64,000 bases of DNA from Candidatus Obscuribacteraceae bacterium (GTDB lineage Bacteria > Cyanobacteriota > Vampirovibrionia > Obscuribacterales > Obscuribacteraceae): contig JBGAHS010000007.1 in assembly GCA_044226015.1 (NCBI GenBank), positions 224,001 through 288,000 on the forward strand. The letters run 5' to 3'. How positions within the stretch are numbered: the stretch's first letter is position 1; the number at the start of each line of letters is the position of its first letter. Positions 40,735 to 50,120 of the stretch are shown here, one piece after another. The notes under the pieces are model-generated. The model was not told the DNA's origin, did no database searches, and saw only the letters and a program-made list of their open reading frames with translations. The translations under genes were made by a program, and so were the position numbers.

Positions 40735-42049
40735 TCGAGGCGGCTTCCGCCAAGAACCAGCCTCAATTTCGAACGAAATTATCGATTCTCGCACTGCAAA
40801 ACCGGGAGGATTGCGCGTTGATTTGCCACCCTTCGGGTTGACATTGCTCATTGAAATGCGTTCATTTGTGCTCTTCCTCCTTGCTGTACCACTCTATGCT
40901 GTTGCCGCATTTGTTGGAAACGACTGGGGGTACATGCTTCCGTCGGCAATGATCGCCACTTTGATTATTGGGTTTACTTTGCCGTTGATAGAAGTATTGA
41001 GTCTCTCTGCGAGCTGTCACGTTTCTTCGCGCGGAGCAAATAACGAACAGGAAATTGTTGTGAGAGCAAAGCGGCTTCCTTTCTTTGGGCTACTTTCTCG
41101 TTGGATTCCGAGTGGATACATGAGTGCGAACCTGCAATTAAAACGAATTGGGTGGTCTAGCTCTCGTAAAGAAACTGCCGTGTTGCCACTACCCATAGTG
41201 CTCGAAGCGTTGATGCAGGGAGTCGAGGTTCGCTTGAAAGCCCCAGCTCTTGGGCGTGGTTGTTATGAAGTCGAGAGTCTGGAAGTTGCTACATGTTTTC
41301 CTTTCTCTATGGCTTGGTGGGTTCGAGATATTAAGTTTGCCGAAAACGTAGAGAATGCAAGAATAATTGTGCATCCATCCGTAAAACAGTTGTCGGGAAA
41401 CTTTCATTCGCGTTTGACCCTCAAACCAAATTCAACTGGAAGGGCTGCAAGTAATCTGTTGATGCAAAAATCTGTCAACCTGAAAGGGCTGCGGGAATTC
41501 ACAGAAAGAGACAGCCTCAACCAGATTCACTGGGCTTCCAGTGCTCGTTCGGGAAAATTTCTGGTAAGAGAATATGAACCCGAATCATTAGCAGATTACG
41601 ACATATTGTTTGACCTCACTCAAGTTTGGTCTAAAGAACAATTCGAGTTAGCTTGCACAACAGCAAATGCCATGGCGCGATATGGATATCGAATGGGGTT
41701 CACTCCGCGTCTGGTTTTGAACCCATCTGTAGATTGGGAGCCGATGGCAATGCTGCTGGAAGACCTGCCTACGGGAATGATTGGTGAAGAGCTGATAAGC
41801 GAACTGCTGGCGCGAATTTCTCCGATGCCTAATGAACTTAGAAATGAGTTCAAGAGTTTCGAAAAGAACCATCAAAGAGATGCTGTAAAAGCACTCAGTA
41901 GCGACGCAATGAGCAGTCAGCGCGTGCTCGTGTCGCTTCGTCCGGGGGCTCGCAGTGGCATAGATGTTTCTGAACTGCAATCTGCTGAGACAAAAGCTAC
42001 TGGCTCAATATCTCACATAGAAAGCGATGTGGAGCTGGGAAGGCTATGA
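40640..42049 (+). CDS. DUF58 domain protein
   Basis: LREFTERDSLNQIHWASSARSGKFLVREYE motif and N-terminal TM helices. The true start is probably downstream of 40640. Confidence 0.88.
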   Translation: MVIALFLKSNRRESVMPTSLNESWRQFPSRNDRGGFRQEPASISNEIIDSRTAKPGGLRVDLPPFGLTLLIEMRSFVLFLLAVPLYAVAAFVGNDWGYMLPSAMIATLIIGFTLPLIEVLSLSASCHVSSRGANNEQEIVVRAKRLPFFGLLSRWIPSGYMSANLQLKRIGWSSSRKETAVLPLPIVLEALMQGVEVRLKAPALGRGCYEVESLEVATCFPFSMAWWVRDIKFAENVENARIIVHPSVKQLSGNFHSRLTLKPNSTGRAASNLLMQKSVNLKGLREFTERDSLNQIHWASSARSGKFLVREYEPESLADYDILFDLTQVWSKEQFELACTTANAMARYGYRMGFTPRLVLNPSVDWEPMAMLLEDLPTGMIGEELISELLARISPMPNELRNEFKSFEKNHQRDAVKALSSDAMSSQRVLVSLRPGARSGIDVSELQSAETKATGSISHIESDVELGRL

Positions 42050-45000
42050 ATCTTGATTGGTTGAACAATTTGGATTTGATAAAGCGTATTAAAGAACGCG
42101 CTCCAGCAGAGAATTCTCAATTTCTACGTTTTCTCTGGATTGCGCAGACGTTTACTTGTTTCTTCCTTATTGCTCTGGTTGATCCGAATGTTGCAAGTGT
42201 CGATTTTGTCGGTTTGAAAATACCGCTCTTGTTCATTTATTTTTGGACTGCCGTAATCGGGTCGTATTTGAGTTATCACTTCCGTCACGAAACTGTGAAG
42301 TGGCTTGAGTATGTGGGACTCATCACAATAGCCATAACTTGCATGTGGTTTATTGATGTAATGCGTGCCCAATTGATTGGTTACACCGGCGAGATAGACT
42401 TGCTACTTCCAACACTGCATCTTTTTGCAGGACTTTATGTCAGCCACAGTTTTGAGCTGCGCTCTCGCTTTGATTTCAATTTTTCGCAAGGCGTTAGTCT
42501 TCTTATCGTCTGTTTCGCAGGAGCCCTGGGCAAGGGGGGCTTATTTGGTGTTGGACTTTTGCTCTATCTGGTTCTTGCTGCAATCATGCTTTTACTTGAT
42601 TGTGAGTCGCGTACTTTTGGTCAAGTTCAAGCCCGACGAATAGACGGAAGCGGTGCTTATGGTGCCAAATCTGGTGCCCGCGTTTCCGAAAAAACAGCTA
42701 ACTTGATTTTTCCAACATCGGTATTGGTATTACTCAGTATTGGACTCTTCCTTGTAATTCCCCGGGCCGAGTCATTCGTTGATGTTATCACGGCACAGTT
42801 CTATTCACTGCTCAAGCACGACGGTATGAATATGCCTAATGAAAAGAACATGAATATGCCAAAGCGAACTCGCAGTCCATTCCATGTCAAAAAGCCTGGA
42901 GAAGCGCCCAAGAAACATCGTGACCTGACTGCAGATCAAAAAAAGGATGATAACACTGCTTCTGGCAAAGACAAGAACGACAAGAACGATGACGCTCAAA
43001 CTTCGAACTCGGGCAAGGGCACCGGGCGCGGTGCAGGGAAAGCTGTAAAAGCAGGGCAGGGTGCTCCTGAACGTGGTGTTAACTTCTCTCGTACCAATGA
43101 GAAGAAGAAGCAAGAAAAGCAGCGAAAGAGACTAGAGGAAATAAATCGCTTTCTTGACTCAAACCGATCGCATAATCAAGATTCTCAGTCAGGTAAGGGT
43201 GAAGAAGAGCAATCATCTGATGCCTCGCAGAGCAAGTCGCAAAGTCCTGATAAAACAAAAACAGGAAAGAAGATCCCAAAAGACAAATCGCTTCCGGACA
43301 ATAATCAAAAGAATAAAACAGGAGATGAGCAAGGGCAGGGTCAATCTCAACCTGATCTAAATCAGCCTGCTTCAGACCAGACTAATGGTGAAAAGGGCGT
43401 GAGCAAGAATGGTTCTGCCTCTGGATCAGCTGCTGATAAGGATAAGAAGGGTGAAGGTAAAACGGGAGAATCAGGAGATCCGAAATCTGGAGACCCCGCG
43501 GAATCCTCCCGAAAAGGATCTAAAGGAAAGGGCGGTTTGGAATCTGAAAAAGACGCATCGCAAAAGGAGGCGTCCAGCGACCCCTCCGAAAAAGATGCAT
43601 CAGGTGAACCTACCGGAAAAAATGGCGCTGGTGAACCGTCTGGAAAGAATGCAAAAAAATCCAATGCAAAGAAAGGAAAAAAACAGGGCAGAGATCCTTC
43701 ACGTCCACCAGTGTTTTATATGCCTGATACCATGGACTCATCTATGGCTGCTGATCAAGATGACATCGTATTATTCAGAGTCTCTTGTAACCGCACCATG
43801 TTTTTTCGACAGGGTGCTTTTGATCACTTCGACGGGCTTAACTGGTCTATCTCGGATGAGATAAGTAAAGCCAAACTGCAGAGATCGTCTTCAGGAACTT
43901 ACTACTTAAATGAAGTCAATCCGCTTTCACTATCTGCAGAAGTTCCCGCTATCAAAGTTACTCAGAAATTCCATATGATGAAAAATATGGGTTCAAAGCT
44001 AATATTTGCCGGTTATCCCACTGTTATCAATTACCCATGCACCGGGTTGACCCTAGACTCTTGTGGAAATCTAAGAGGAAGCGGCAATCTGATTGAAAAT
44101 TTGGATTATAGCGTTATCTCTGATGATCCACTTTTCGATATCAAGAAAATGATTGCTGAACCCGTTCCGTCAGATGAGCAGGAGAAAAATATTCGCACCA
44201 ATCTGTCTCTATTTCTCCAAATGCCGGATAACCTGTCCGACGAGTTCTTTGAACTCTCCAAGTCAATCGCCGGTCTTGACGACAATTGGTTCTTACAGGC
44301 ACATAGAATCACTAACTATGTCAAAACTAATTACAAATACAGCACAGATCCCAAATATAAGACCAAGAGCAAGAATACGGTTGAGCGATTTTTGTTTGAT
44401 ACCCAAAGTGGTGACTGCAAAGACTTCGCGTCAGCTGTAGTTATGTTGTGCCGCGGCAGCGGCATTCCCGCGCGGCTCGTTGTAGGGTTTACACCAGGAG
44501 ACTTCGACTCACTAACAGGCACGCGCCAGGTCAAGTTGAAAAATGCACATGCCTGGGCTGAAGTATATTGCCCCGGAGTGGGATGGGTTCCCTTCGATGC
44601 GACACCTGTTAGTGAGATGCCAGCTCGAGCTGGCGAGGGAGAGCGAATCTTTTCTTCGCTTACCCAACAGATGACCGCTTCTACCGAATCGGCTGCAGTT
44701 CAAGGTCATGAACCCAACTCTGTGACCATCGAGCTGCCTGTTCCTATCGGAAACACAAAGACGATCACTTTGACATGGTTTGACCTGATCAAGCTTATTC
44801 CGGTGCTCCTGTTCTTGATCATTATTCCAGGACCTCTTGCTTTGATGACAAAATCATTCTTCTCCAAGAAGTTTGATTTCCTTGTGACAATGCACCCCGC
44901 GAGTAAGGTCTATTGCGGTTTGCAGAGAGACTTGAAAAAGCTTGGAATTAGTCAAAGCGAAAGCCAAACGCCAGGTGAGTTTTTGCAAAAGCTTGAAGAC

Positions 45001-45162
45001 ACTGTGTCTGCCTGGGACGACCAGGCAAAATCTCAAGCACTTGTTGATGCAGTCGAAGACTTCGTCGTCAGTTACAATGAAACTTTCTTTGGTGGCATGG
45101 GCAGCGCCAAAGATTTGCAGATAAAAAGACAGCAAATCAAGAATATGCTCAAAAAGAGCTAA
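42046..45162 (+). CDS. Membrane transglutaminase-like protein (TgpA/DUF3488 type)
   Basis: N-terminal TM bundle; catalytic GDCKDFA, HAWAEVY and WVPFDATP; long low-complexity insert. Confidence 0.92.
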   Translation: MNLDWLNNLDLIKRIKERAPAENSQFLRFLWIAQTFTCFFLIALVDPNVASVDFVGLKIPLLFIYFWTAVIGSYLSYHFRHETVKWLEYVGLITIAITCMWFIDVMRAQLIGYTGEIDLLLPTLHLFAGLYVSHSFELRSRFDFNFSQGVSLLIVCFAGALGKGGLFGVGLLLYLVLAAIMLLLDCESRTFGQVQARRIDGSGAYGAKSGARVSEKTANLIFPTSVLVLLSIGLFLVIPRAESFVDVITAQFYSLLKHDGMNMPNEKNMNMPKRTRSPFHVKKPGEAPKKHRDLTADQKKDDNTASGKDKNDKNDDAQTSNSGKGTGRGAGKAVKAGQGAPERGVNFSRTNEKKKQEKQRKRLEEINRFLDSNRSHNQDSQSGKGEEEQSSDASQSKSQSPDKTKTGKKIPKDKSLPDNNQKNKTGDEQGQGQSQPDLNQPASDQTNGEKGVSKNGSASGSAADKDKKGEGKTGESGDPKSGDPAESSRKGSKGKGGLESEKDASQKEASSDPSEKDASGEPTGKNGAGEPSGKNAKKSNAKKGKKQGRDPSRPPVFYMPDTMDSSMAADQDDIVLFRVSCNRTMFFRQGAFDHFDGLNWSISDEISKAKLQRSSSGTYYLNEVNPLSLSAEVPAIKVTQKFHMMKNMGSKLIFAGYPTVINYPCTGLTLDSCGNLRGSGNLIENLDYSVISDDPLFDIKKMIAEPVPSDEQEKNIRTNLSLFLQMPDNLSDEFFELSKSIAGLDDNWFLQAHRITNYVKTNYKYSTDPKYKTKSKNTVERFLFDTQSGDCKDFASAVVMLCRGSGIPARLVVGFTPGDFDSLTGTRQVKLKNAHAWAEVYCPGVGWVPFDATPVSEMPARAGEGERIFSSLTQQMTASTESAAVQGHEPNSVTIELPVPIGNTKTITLTWFDLIKLIPVLLFLIIIPGPLALMTKSFFSKKFDFLVTMHPASKVYCGLQRDLKKLGISQSESQTPGEFLQKLEDTVSAWDDQAKSQALVDAVEDFVVSYNETFFGGMGSAKDLQIKRQQIKNMLKKS

Positions 45163-45210
45163 GCAACTTCTAAATGCTACAGCAAAGAGTTAGTGCGCTG
45201 ACAAAGAACA

Positions 45211-45236
45211 CGAGAGAGAACTTTCGTTCTCTCTTG
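45211..45236. terminator. Hairpin between convergent genes
   Basis: CGAGAGAGAAC-tttc-GTTCTCTCTTG. Confidence 0.65.
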
Positions 45237-45258
45237 CTCTGCTAGTGACTTTGATGGA

Positions 45259-46500
45259 CTATTTTGAGGGCACCAGTTCTTTTTCAAGCGGCCGCAAAAT
45301 GGGACCGTTTCGGTCATCCTGATCTTGTAGTGTGGACGTATCAGCCGGTTTTTTCGGAGTGAGGAAGTCTAGAGCACCTGCTTTCGGCTTAACGCCGACT
45401 GCAGCCCAGGCTTCTTCTAGTTTCTGCACATCCTTGGCGTAACCCAGCCTGCGTGCCGCCTCCACCGTTTGGTGAGCAAATGATGCGAAGCTAGGGAATC
45501 TTCCTATGTTCTGCGTTGCTTCATACCAGATTTTTCCTGGTTCTTCCCATGCGTTTCCGCCTACTGCTTTTGCAAATAGCGCAAAGGCTCGATTGGGAAT
45601 GCCCGAGTTGTAATGCACGCCTCCCATATCTTTCCAGGTTGAAACGTAATCTTTCATATGCCCCGGTTGTGGGTCTTTTCCGATTTTGGGATCGTCAAAC
45701 GCTGTGCCTGGATTCAACATATCGCGAATACCACGCCCGTTAATGCCGTCTTTCCAGATACCGTCTCCAATCACCCAGTCAGCTTTGTCTGCAGTAATTC
45801 CTTGCTGTTTCTGTTGAATCAGCTCGCCAAAAACGTCGGAGATGTGCTCATTGAGCGCTCCTGACTGTCCCCAGTAAAAGACACCACCAGTGTTTTGCGT
45901 GATACCATGCGTGATTTCGTGCCCGGTAACATCTAAAAGCACAAATGTCTTGAACGGACTTTTCTCACTGGGATGACCATAAGTCATTTGTTTTCCGTTC
46001 CAAAAAGCATTTTGATAGTTGTCACCGTAGTTAACGGTTGATAGCATCTTCATGCCTTTTCCATCGATTGAATCTTTGTTGAAAACCTGTTTGTAGAAGT
46101 CTCTGACAGTGCCGGTGTAGTCGTATACTTTATCGACTTCATCGTTATTGGTTGGCTTTTCTCCCTCGAATCTTGCTCTGTCTCCTGGATGAACTTCTTT
46201 GCCTTTTGCGTCGTAGACTTCTCTAGCCCCATTAGCGTTTGAACTTACGCGAGGCTGAAATTTACCCTGTTGCTCGAGGTCTTTGTTGGTCTCAAGCGTG
46301 TCCAAATACATTTTGTCATTGCTGCGTTTTGCAAGTTCTTCCAGAATGTATGGTGGAAGTGCAGAACGCCCTATTTCTGAACCCTGTTGAGCAACCCTGG
46401 GTTGGAACGCTCCCTGCCCCGCTGCTTGAGCCTCTTCGGAGAGCTTGTTGCTTGCGTCCTGTTTAGTTTCTTGCGCCTTGTCTTTCTCGACCTTGTCCAT
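45259..46500 (-). CDS. M4 family metalloprotease, protealysin-like
   Basis: Propeptide PPYIL motif, NAFWNG, HEITHG, GALNEHISD, GGVHYNSGIPN; no signal peptide. Confidence 0.93.
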   Translation of the reverse strand: MDKVEKDKAQETKQDASNKLSEEAQAAGQGAFQPRVAQQGSEIGRSALPPYILEELAKRSNDKMYLDTLETNKDLEQQGKFQPRVSSNANGAREVYDAKGKEVHPGDRARFEGEKPTNNDEVDKVYDYTGTVRDFYKQVFNKDSIDGKGMKMLSTVNYGDNYQNAFWNGKQMTYGHPSEKSPFKTFVLLDVTGHEITHGITQNTGGVFYWGQSGALNEHISDVFGELIQQKQQGITADKADWVIGDGIWKDGINGRGIRDMLNPGTAFDDPKIGKDPQPGHMKDYVSTWKDMGGVHYNSGIPNRAFALFAKAVGGNAWEEPGKIWYEATQNIGRFPSFASFAHQTVEAARRLGYAKDVQKLEEAWAAVGVKPKAGALDFLTPKKPADTSTLQDQDDRNGPILRPLEKELVPSK

Positions 46501-46717
46501 GCGTTAATCCTGCTCGGTGAATTTGCCTCGTCCAATCCCAATCTAATTTTTGTGATCTGCACCGACAATCGTATTTATCCCAATCAGCACGTTGGTTCTT
46601 GCGATGAGCAGGGCTTTTGCCGCTTGCATCATGCTTTTGCGACTGATTAATTGCGCTAAATACAAAGCCTGAAATGGCTCTTTATTAGAGGATTTTGAGG
46701 CTGACCCAATATCGCAG

Positions 46718-47932
46718 TTAATGGAAAAATCGCATCAATTTCTTTTTCTCGTCCACCGTGAAACGCCAGCCCTGGAGAAAATCTTGACCAACGCAGCTTC
46801 CGGCGTGACCGCCTACATAGACTTGAAATTCTCTGTAAACAATTGGTCCCATGCGTAAGTCGACAGTTACTGCTCGATAAGGCGAAGTGCCACCAACTCC
46901 TCCCATCATTGCTACTGGTGCATCTGATGGAATCTCAATATTCGCTGCAGCGGCAGTTTCTGCGTTGATGATAGTGTTGGATGCACCGGTGTCGATGAAG
47001 ACTGGAATTTTCCTTCCTCCAATCTCAAGTGGGACGATTGGCTTGGTGCCTATGATGTTGCATGGAAGGTCATAGAGATTGTTCACAGCTTGCTGCGATT
47101 CGTGTGGCTTTTTCAAGGTCAGGCACTTCGCTTTCTGGTCAACTTCGTACTGAAATCCTTTTACGAAGGCATAGCCAATTAGTGGTGGCATATCGAATTC
47201 TTCTTGTATCGTCGCATTCAAGGTGCGCTCGACGTTGCCTAATTTAACCGTCAATGGCATGTTCCACGCAGGCAGGCGCACTCCGGCCCAGCCTGAAACT
47301 GATGTGGTAGCGGCGCCGCGAGGTGCTGCGATTCCTAACTGTTGTAAGTGATTTTTTCCGAACAATAAGCCGGGGGCACCAGTGTCAAACATGCATTTGC
47401 AAGGACGTCCGTTTATAATCGCATCGACAAGCATGTGTCCGTTAGAGCCTGGCGTGAAATATATTCTTGCCATATCAGGTAACTTATCTATTTCGCTGGT
47501 CTCTGAATCTTCCTCAACGGGCGGTGTGGCCAGTCGCGAACTGCTCACTCTAGATGAGCTAGGCTGGACAGCAGCTGGACTCGTCGAAGCAGGAGTACCC
47601 ATTGTTGGGCTCAATGCAGCCGAGCTGGTCCACGCAGGGTCAAGACGCTTCAAAAAATCAGTGGCTAATTTAGCTTCTGATGACCGGGGGAAATTCTCGG
47701 CTACGTAGGCAAAAAGTTTCTTGGCGTCGGCTTCCCGTTTTAGCTGGTAGTAGCAGTAAGCCTGATAGTAAAAATTGCTGGCATTTTGAGGACAACTGCG
47801 AAGTATCTGAACTGCTTCCTGGTACTTTCCCTGCCGTGCCAGTTGTATGCCTTTTTCTAGAGAATCTGCGGCTGAAGCAGTGAGAAGCGAGCAAAGAAGC
47901 AAAAGAACCGTCGAGGCAATGATTTTTTTCAT
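46718..47932 (-). CDS. Exported TPR protein with two retropepsin-like aspartic protease domains
   Basis: Signal peptide, TPRs, FDTGA...LIG and IDTGAS...VGQDF. Confidence 0.88.
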   Translation of the reverse strand: MKKIIASTVLLLLCSLLTASAADSLEKGIQLARQGKYQEAVQILRSCPQNASNFYYQAYCYYQLKREADAKKLFAYVAENFPRSSEAKLATDFLKRLDPAWTSSAALSPTMGTPASTSPAAVQPSSSRVSSSRLATPPVEEDSETSEIDKLPDMARIYFTPGSNGHMLVDAIINGRPCKCMFDTGAPGLLFGKNHLQQLGIAAPRGAATTSVSGWAGVRLPAWNMPLTVKLGNVERTLNATIQEEFDMPPLIGYAFVKGFQYEVDQKAKCLTLKKPHESQQAVNNLYDLPCNIIGTKPIVPLEIGGRKIPVFIDTGASNTIINAETAAAANIEIPSDAPVAMMGGVGGTSPYRAVTVDLRMGPIVYREFQVYVGGHAGSCVGQDFLQGWRFTVDEKKKLMRFFH

Positions 47933-48112
47933 TCCGGTAGCCAGCCTCTCGCCTGAGCTCAAAAAATAGATTCCCGAACTGATCATACCTCATTAGAAAT
48001 CAGCAAAAACTTCTTTTGTTGATTTCAATCAGCTCACAAAGTCTTCCCAAATTTTGAAGTACAAATTTCTGCTAGCTTGCTTACATCGGTGACAGCTGTG
48101 GCATCTCAGAAG

Positions 48113-48967
48113 CTATGAAATTGCATTATATTTGCCAAAGGTCTTAATTCCCTGAACCGATGTCTCCATGTCGTTGGCATGTTTTCTGCCTTTCTCATTT
48201 GCGATGCGGAAATCTAGAAAAACTCTAAATTGAAAGGGACGTTCAGGCACTGGAAGTGGCTCGAGCTTTATCAAATCACATCCGTCGCCGAGAAATTGCG
48301 AAAACTCTGTAATTTTGTTCAAATTCTCCTGTCCTTCGAACGCGACAGTAAATTTGAAAGGCGCTGCTACTGTGTCTGATGAAAGCTTCAAATTCTTCTT
48401 TCCCAGTAAGGCAAAACGGGTCTGATTGTGCGCGTAATCTTCAATGTCCGGAGCGATTATTTCCAGTCCATATTCTTCAGCGGCTTGCTTTGCTGCAATG
48501 GCGGCTGCATTTCTCTTCTTCTCGTCCTTGATCATTTTTGCAGATGCACCAGTGTCAAAGTAAATGTGTGGATGCATCCAGCCATGCTCTTTAAAGATTT
48601 TCTTGCATTGATCAAGAGCGACAGGGTGCGAATAAACTTCGATAACGTCCTCCATTCTTGTGCCTGGAAGAGCCATTAACTGATGGTGAATCTGCAATGT
48701 GTATTCAGAGTAGGTATGTAAATTGGTAGCCCAGAGCAATTGATAATTCTGTATTATCGAACCTACAGTTGAATTCTCGAAGGGAATGCAGGACAGAGCA
48801 TTCTCCTCATGCTCTGCAAACTCGAAGGCTTCTTCAAAGCTGCTTTTAGGAACGAACTCTAGCTTGGCTGAGTTCAGAAATGAACTAGCAAATTTCTGAG
48901 CAGCTAGATGGCTAAATGCCCCTGCTGCTCCTTGAAACGCAATTCTGTATGGAGATGATTCAACCAT
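48113..48967 (-). CDS. pheA: Prephenate dehydratase
   Basis: AFQGAAGAFSH, PFENSTVGSI, VYSHPVALDQC, NQTRF; divergent C-terminal ACT-like domain. Confidence 0.92.
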   Translation of the reverse strand: MVESSPYRIAFQGAAGAFSHLAAQKFASSFLNSAKLEFVPKSSFEEAFEFAEHEENALSCIPFENSTVGSIIQNYQLLWATNLHTYSEYTLQIHHQLMALPGTRMEDVIEVYSHPVALDQCKKIFKEHGWMHPHIYFDTGASAKMIKDEKKRNAAAIAAKQAAEEYGLEIIAPDIEDYAHNQTRFALLGKKNLKLSSDTVAAPFKFTVAFEGQENLNKITEFSQFLGDGCDLIKLEPLPVPERPFQFRVFLDFRIANEKGRKHANDMETSVQGIKTFGKYNAIS

Positions 48968-50120
48968 TTTTTCTAATGAATTCCGCAAGTTCATCTACTG
49001 CAAGTTCTTGATCTATCGAGACCTGGCCAGCCTCTTTTTCGGGCAGCACGTATTTGATGTTTTTGCCCGCGCGTTTCTTATCATAGGCGACGGCTTCGGC
49101 TATTTTGTTTAGATCAAGCTCTGCTGGCACTTTGTAAGGAAGCCCGAGTTTACTGAGCGTTTGTTCAACTTCCAGGAAAATCGAATTATCTATCAGTCCT
49201 CGTGCTGCAGCTAGCTTAAATGCAAAAGCTGTTCCTATGGCAACTGCTTCTCCGTGGCTAACCTGATATTGGCTTACTTTCTCAACGCCGTGTCCCAGTG
49301 TATGTCCCAGGTTGAGGCTTCGTCTCAGTCTGGCTTCGAAAGGGTCTTTCAAAACCACCGCGAGTTTCATTCTGATGCAGAGTGCTATAGCTTGCGGTAG
49401 AAAAGGATTGTCTGCACTGATACCGTTTGCAAAATTCTCGGGTATTGTTTTTCTTAGCGGGCGAGGACCTGCCTTGTATTCTGCATTTGCTGCAACTGTA
49501 TCTTCGATGTAGGCATATTTTATGATTTCACCCATGCCGGACTTGAGTTCACGCTCGGGAAGACTTTGCAAAAATTCGGGGTCGACAATTACAGAGCTTG
49601 GAAAATAGAAACTACCAGCAAGATTTTTACCTGATGAGAGGTTTATTGCGGTCTTTCCACCAATGCTGGCGTCAACCTGTGCCAGAAGTGTCGTCGGCAG
49701 CAATACCAACCTTACGCCGCGCAAATAGGTCGATGCACAAAAGCCTGCCAGGTCAGTAAGCGCACCGCCACCTATAGCTAAGATTGTGTCATTTCGAGTG
49801 AATGATGCCTTCTGCATCGATTCCCAGCAAGACTCAAGTTGGGAGAGTGTCTTTGCGGACTCTCCGTCAGGCAGGCTCATCGCTGTTACTGTGAAACCAT
49901 CCTTCTCGAGTGCTTGCTTTTGCTCCTCTGCGTAATCTGGCGGAAGTGATGCTTGACTGAGCAGCAGCACATTCGTTCCGCACCCTAGCTGCTTGAGAAT
50001 CTGAGCACTGCGTTTGCGAAATCCTACTCCAAAATCAACACGTGATGAAATCGGTATCTCCGAGTTGAGCATGATCGTATAAGCTTCGCCTTTGCGACCA
50101 ACACGAGATGAATTCATCAT
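48960..50120 (-). CDS. aroB: 3-dehydroquinate synthase
   Basis: GGGALTDLAGF, PTTLLAQVDASIGGKT, LNLGHTLGH, HGEAVAIG. Confidence 0.96.
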   Translation of the reverse strand: MMNSSRVGRKGEAYTIMLNSEIPISSRVDFGVGFRKRSAQILKQLGCGTNVLLLSQASLPPDYAEEQKQALEKDGFTVTAMSLPDGESAKTLSQLESCWESMQKASFTRNDTILAIGGGALTDLAGFCASTYLRGVRLVLLPTTLLAQVDASIGGKTAINLSSGKNLAGSFYFPSSVIVDPEFLQSLPERELKSGMGEIIKYAYIEDTVAANAEYKAGPRPLRKTIPENFANGISADNPFLPQAIALCIRMKLAVVLKDPFEARLRRSLNLGHTLGHGVEKVSQYQVSHGEAVAIGTAFAFKLAAARGLIDNSIFLEVEQTLSKLGLPYKVPAELDLNKIAEAVAYDKKRAGKNIKYVLPEKEAGQVSIDQELAVDELAEFIRKNG

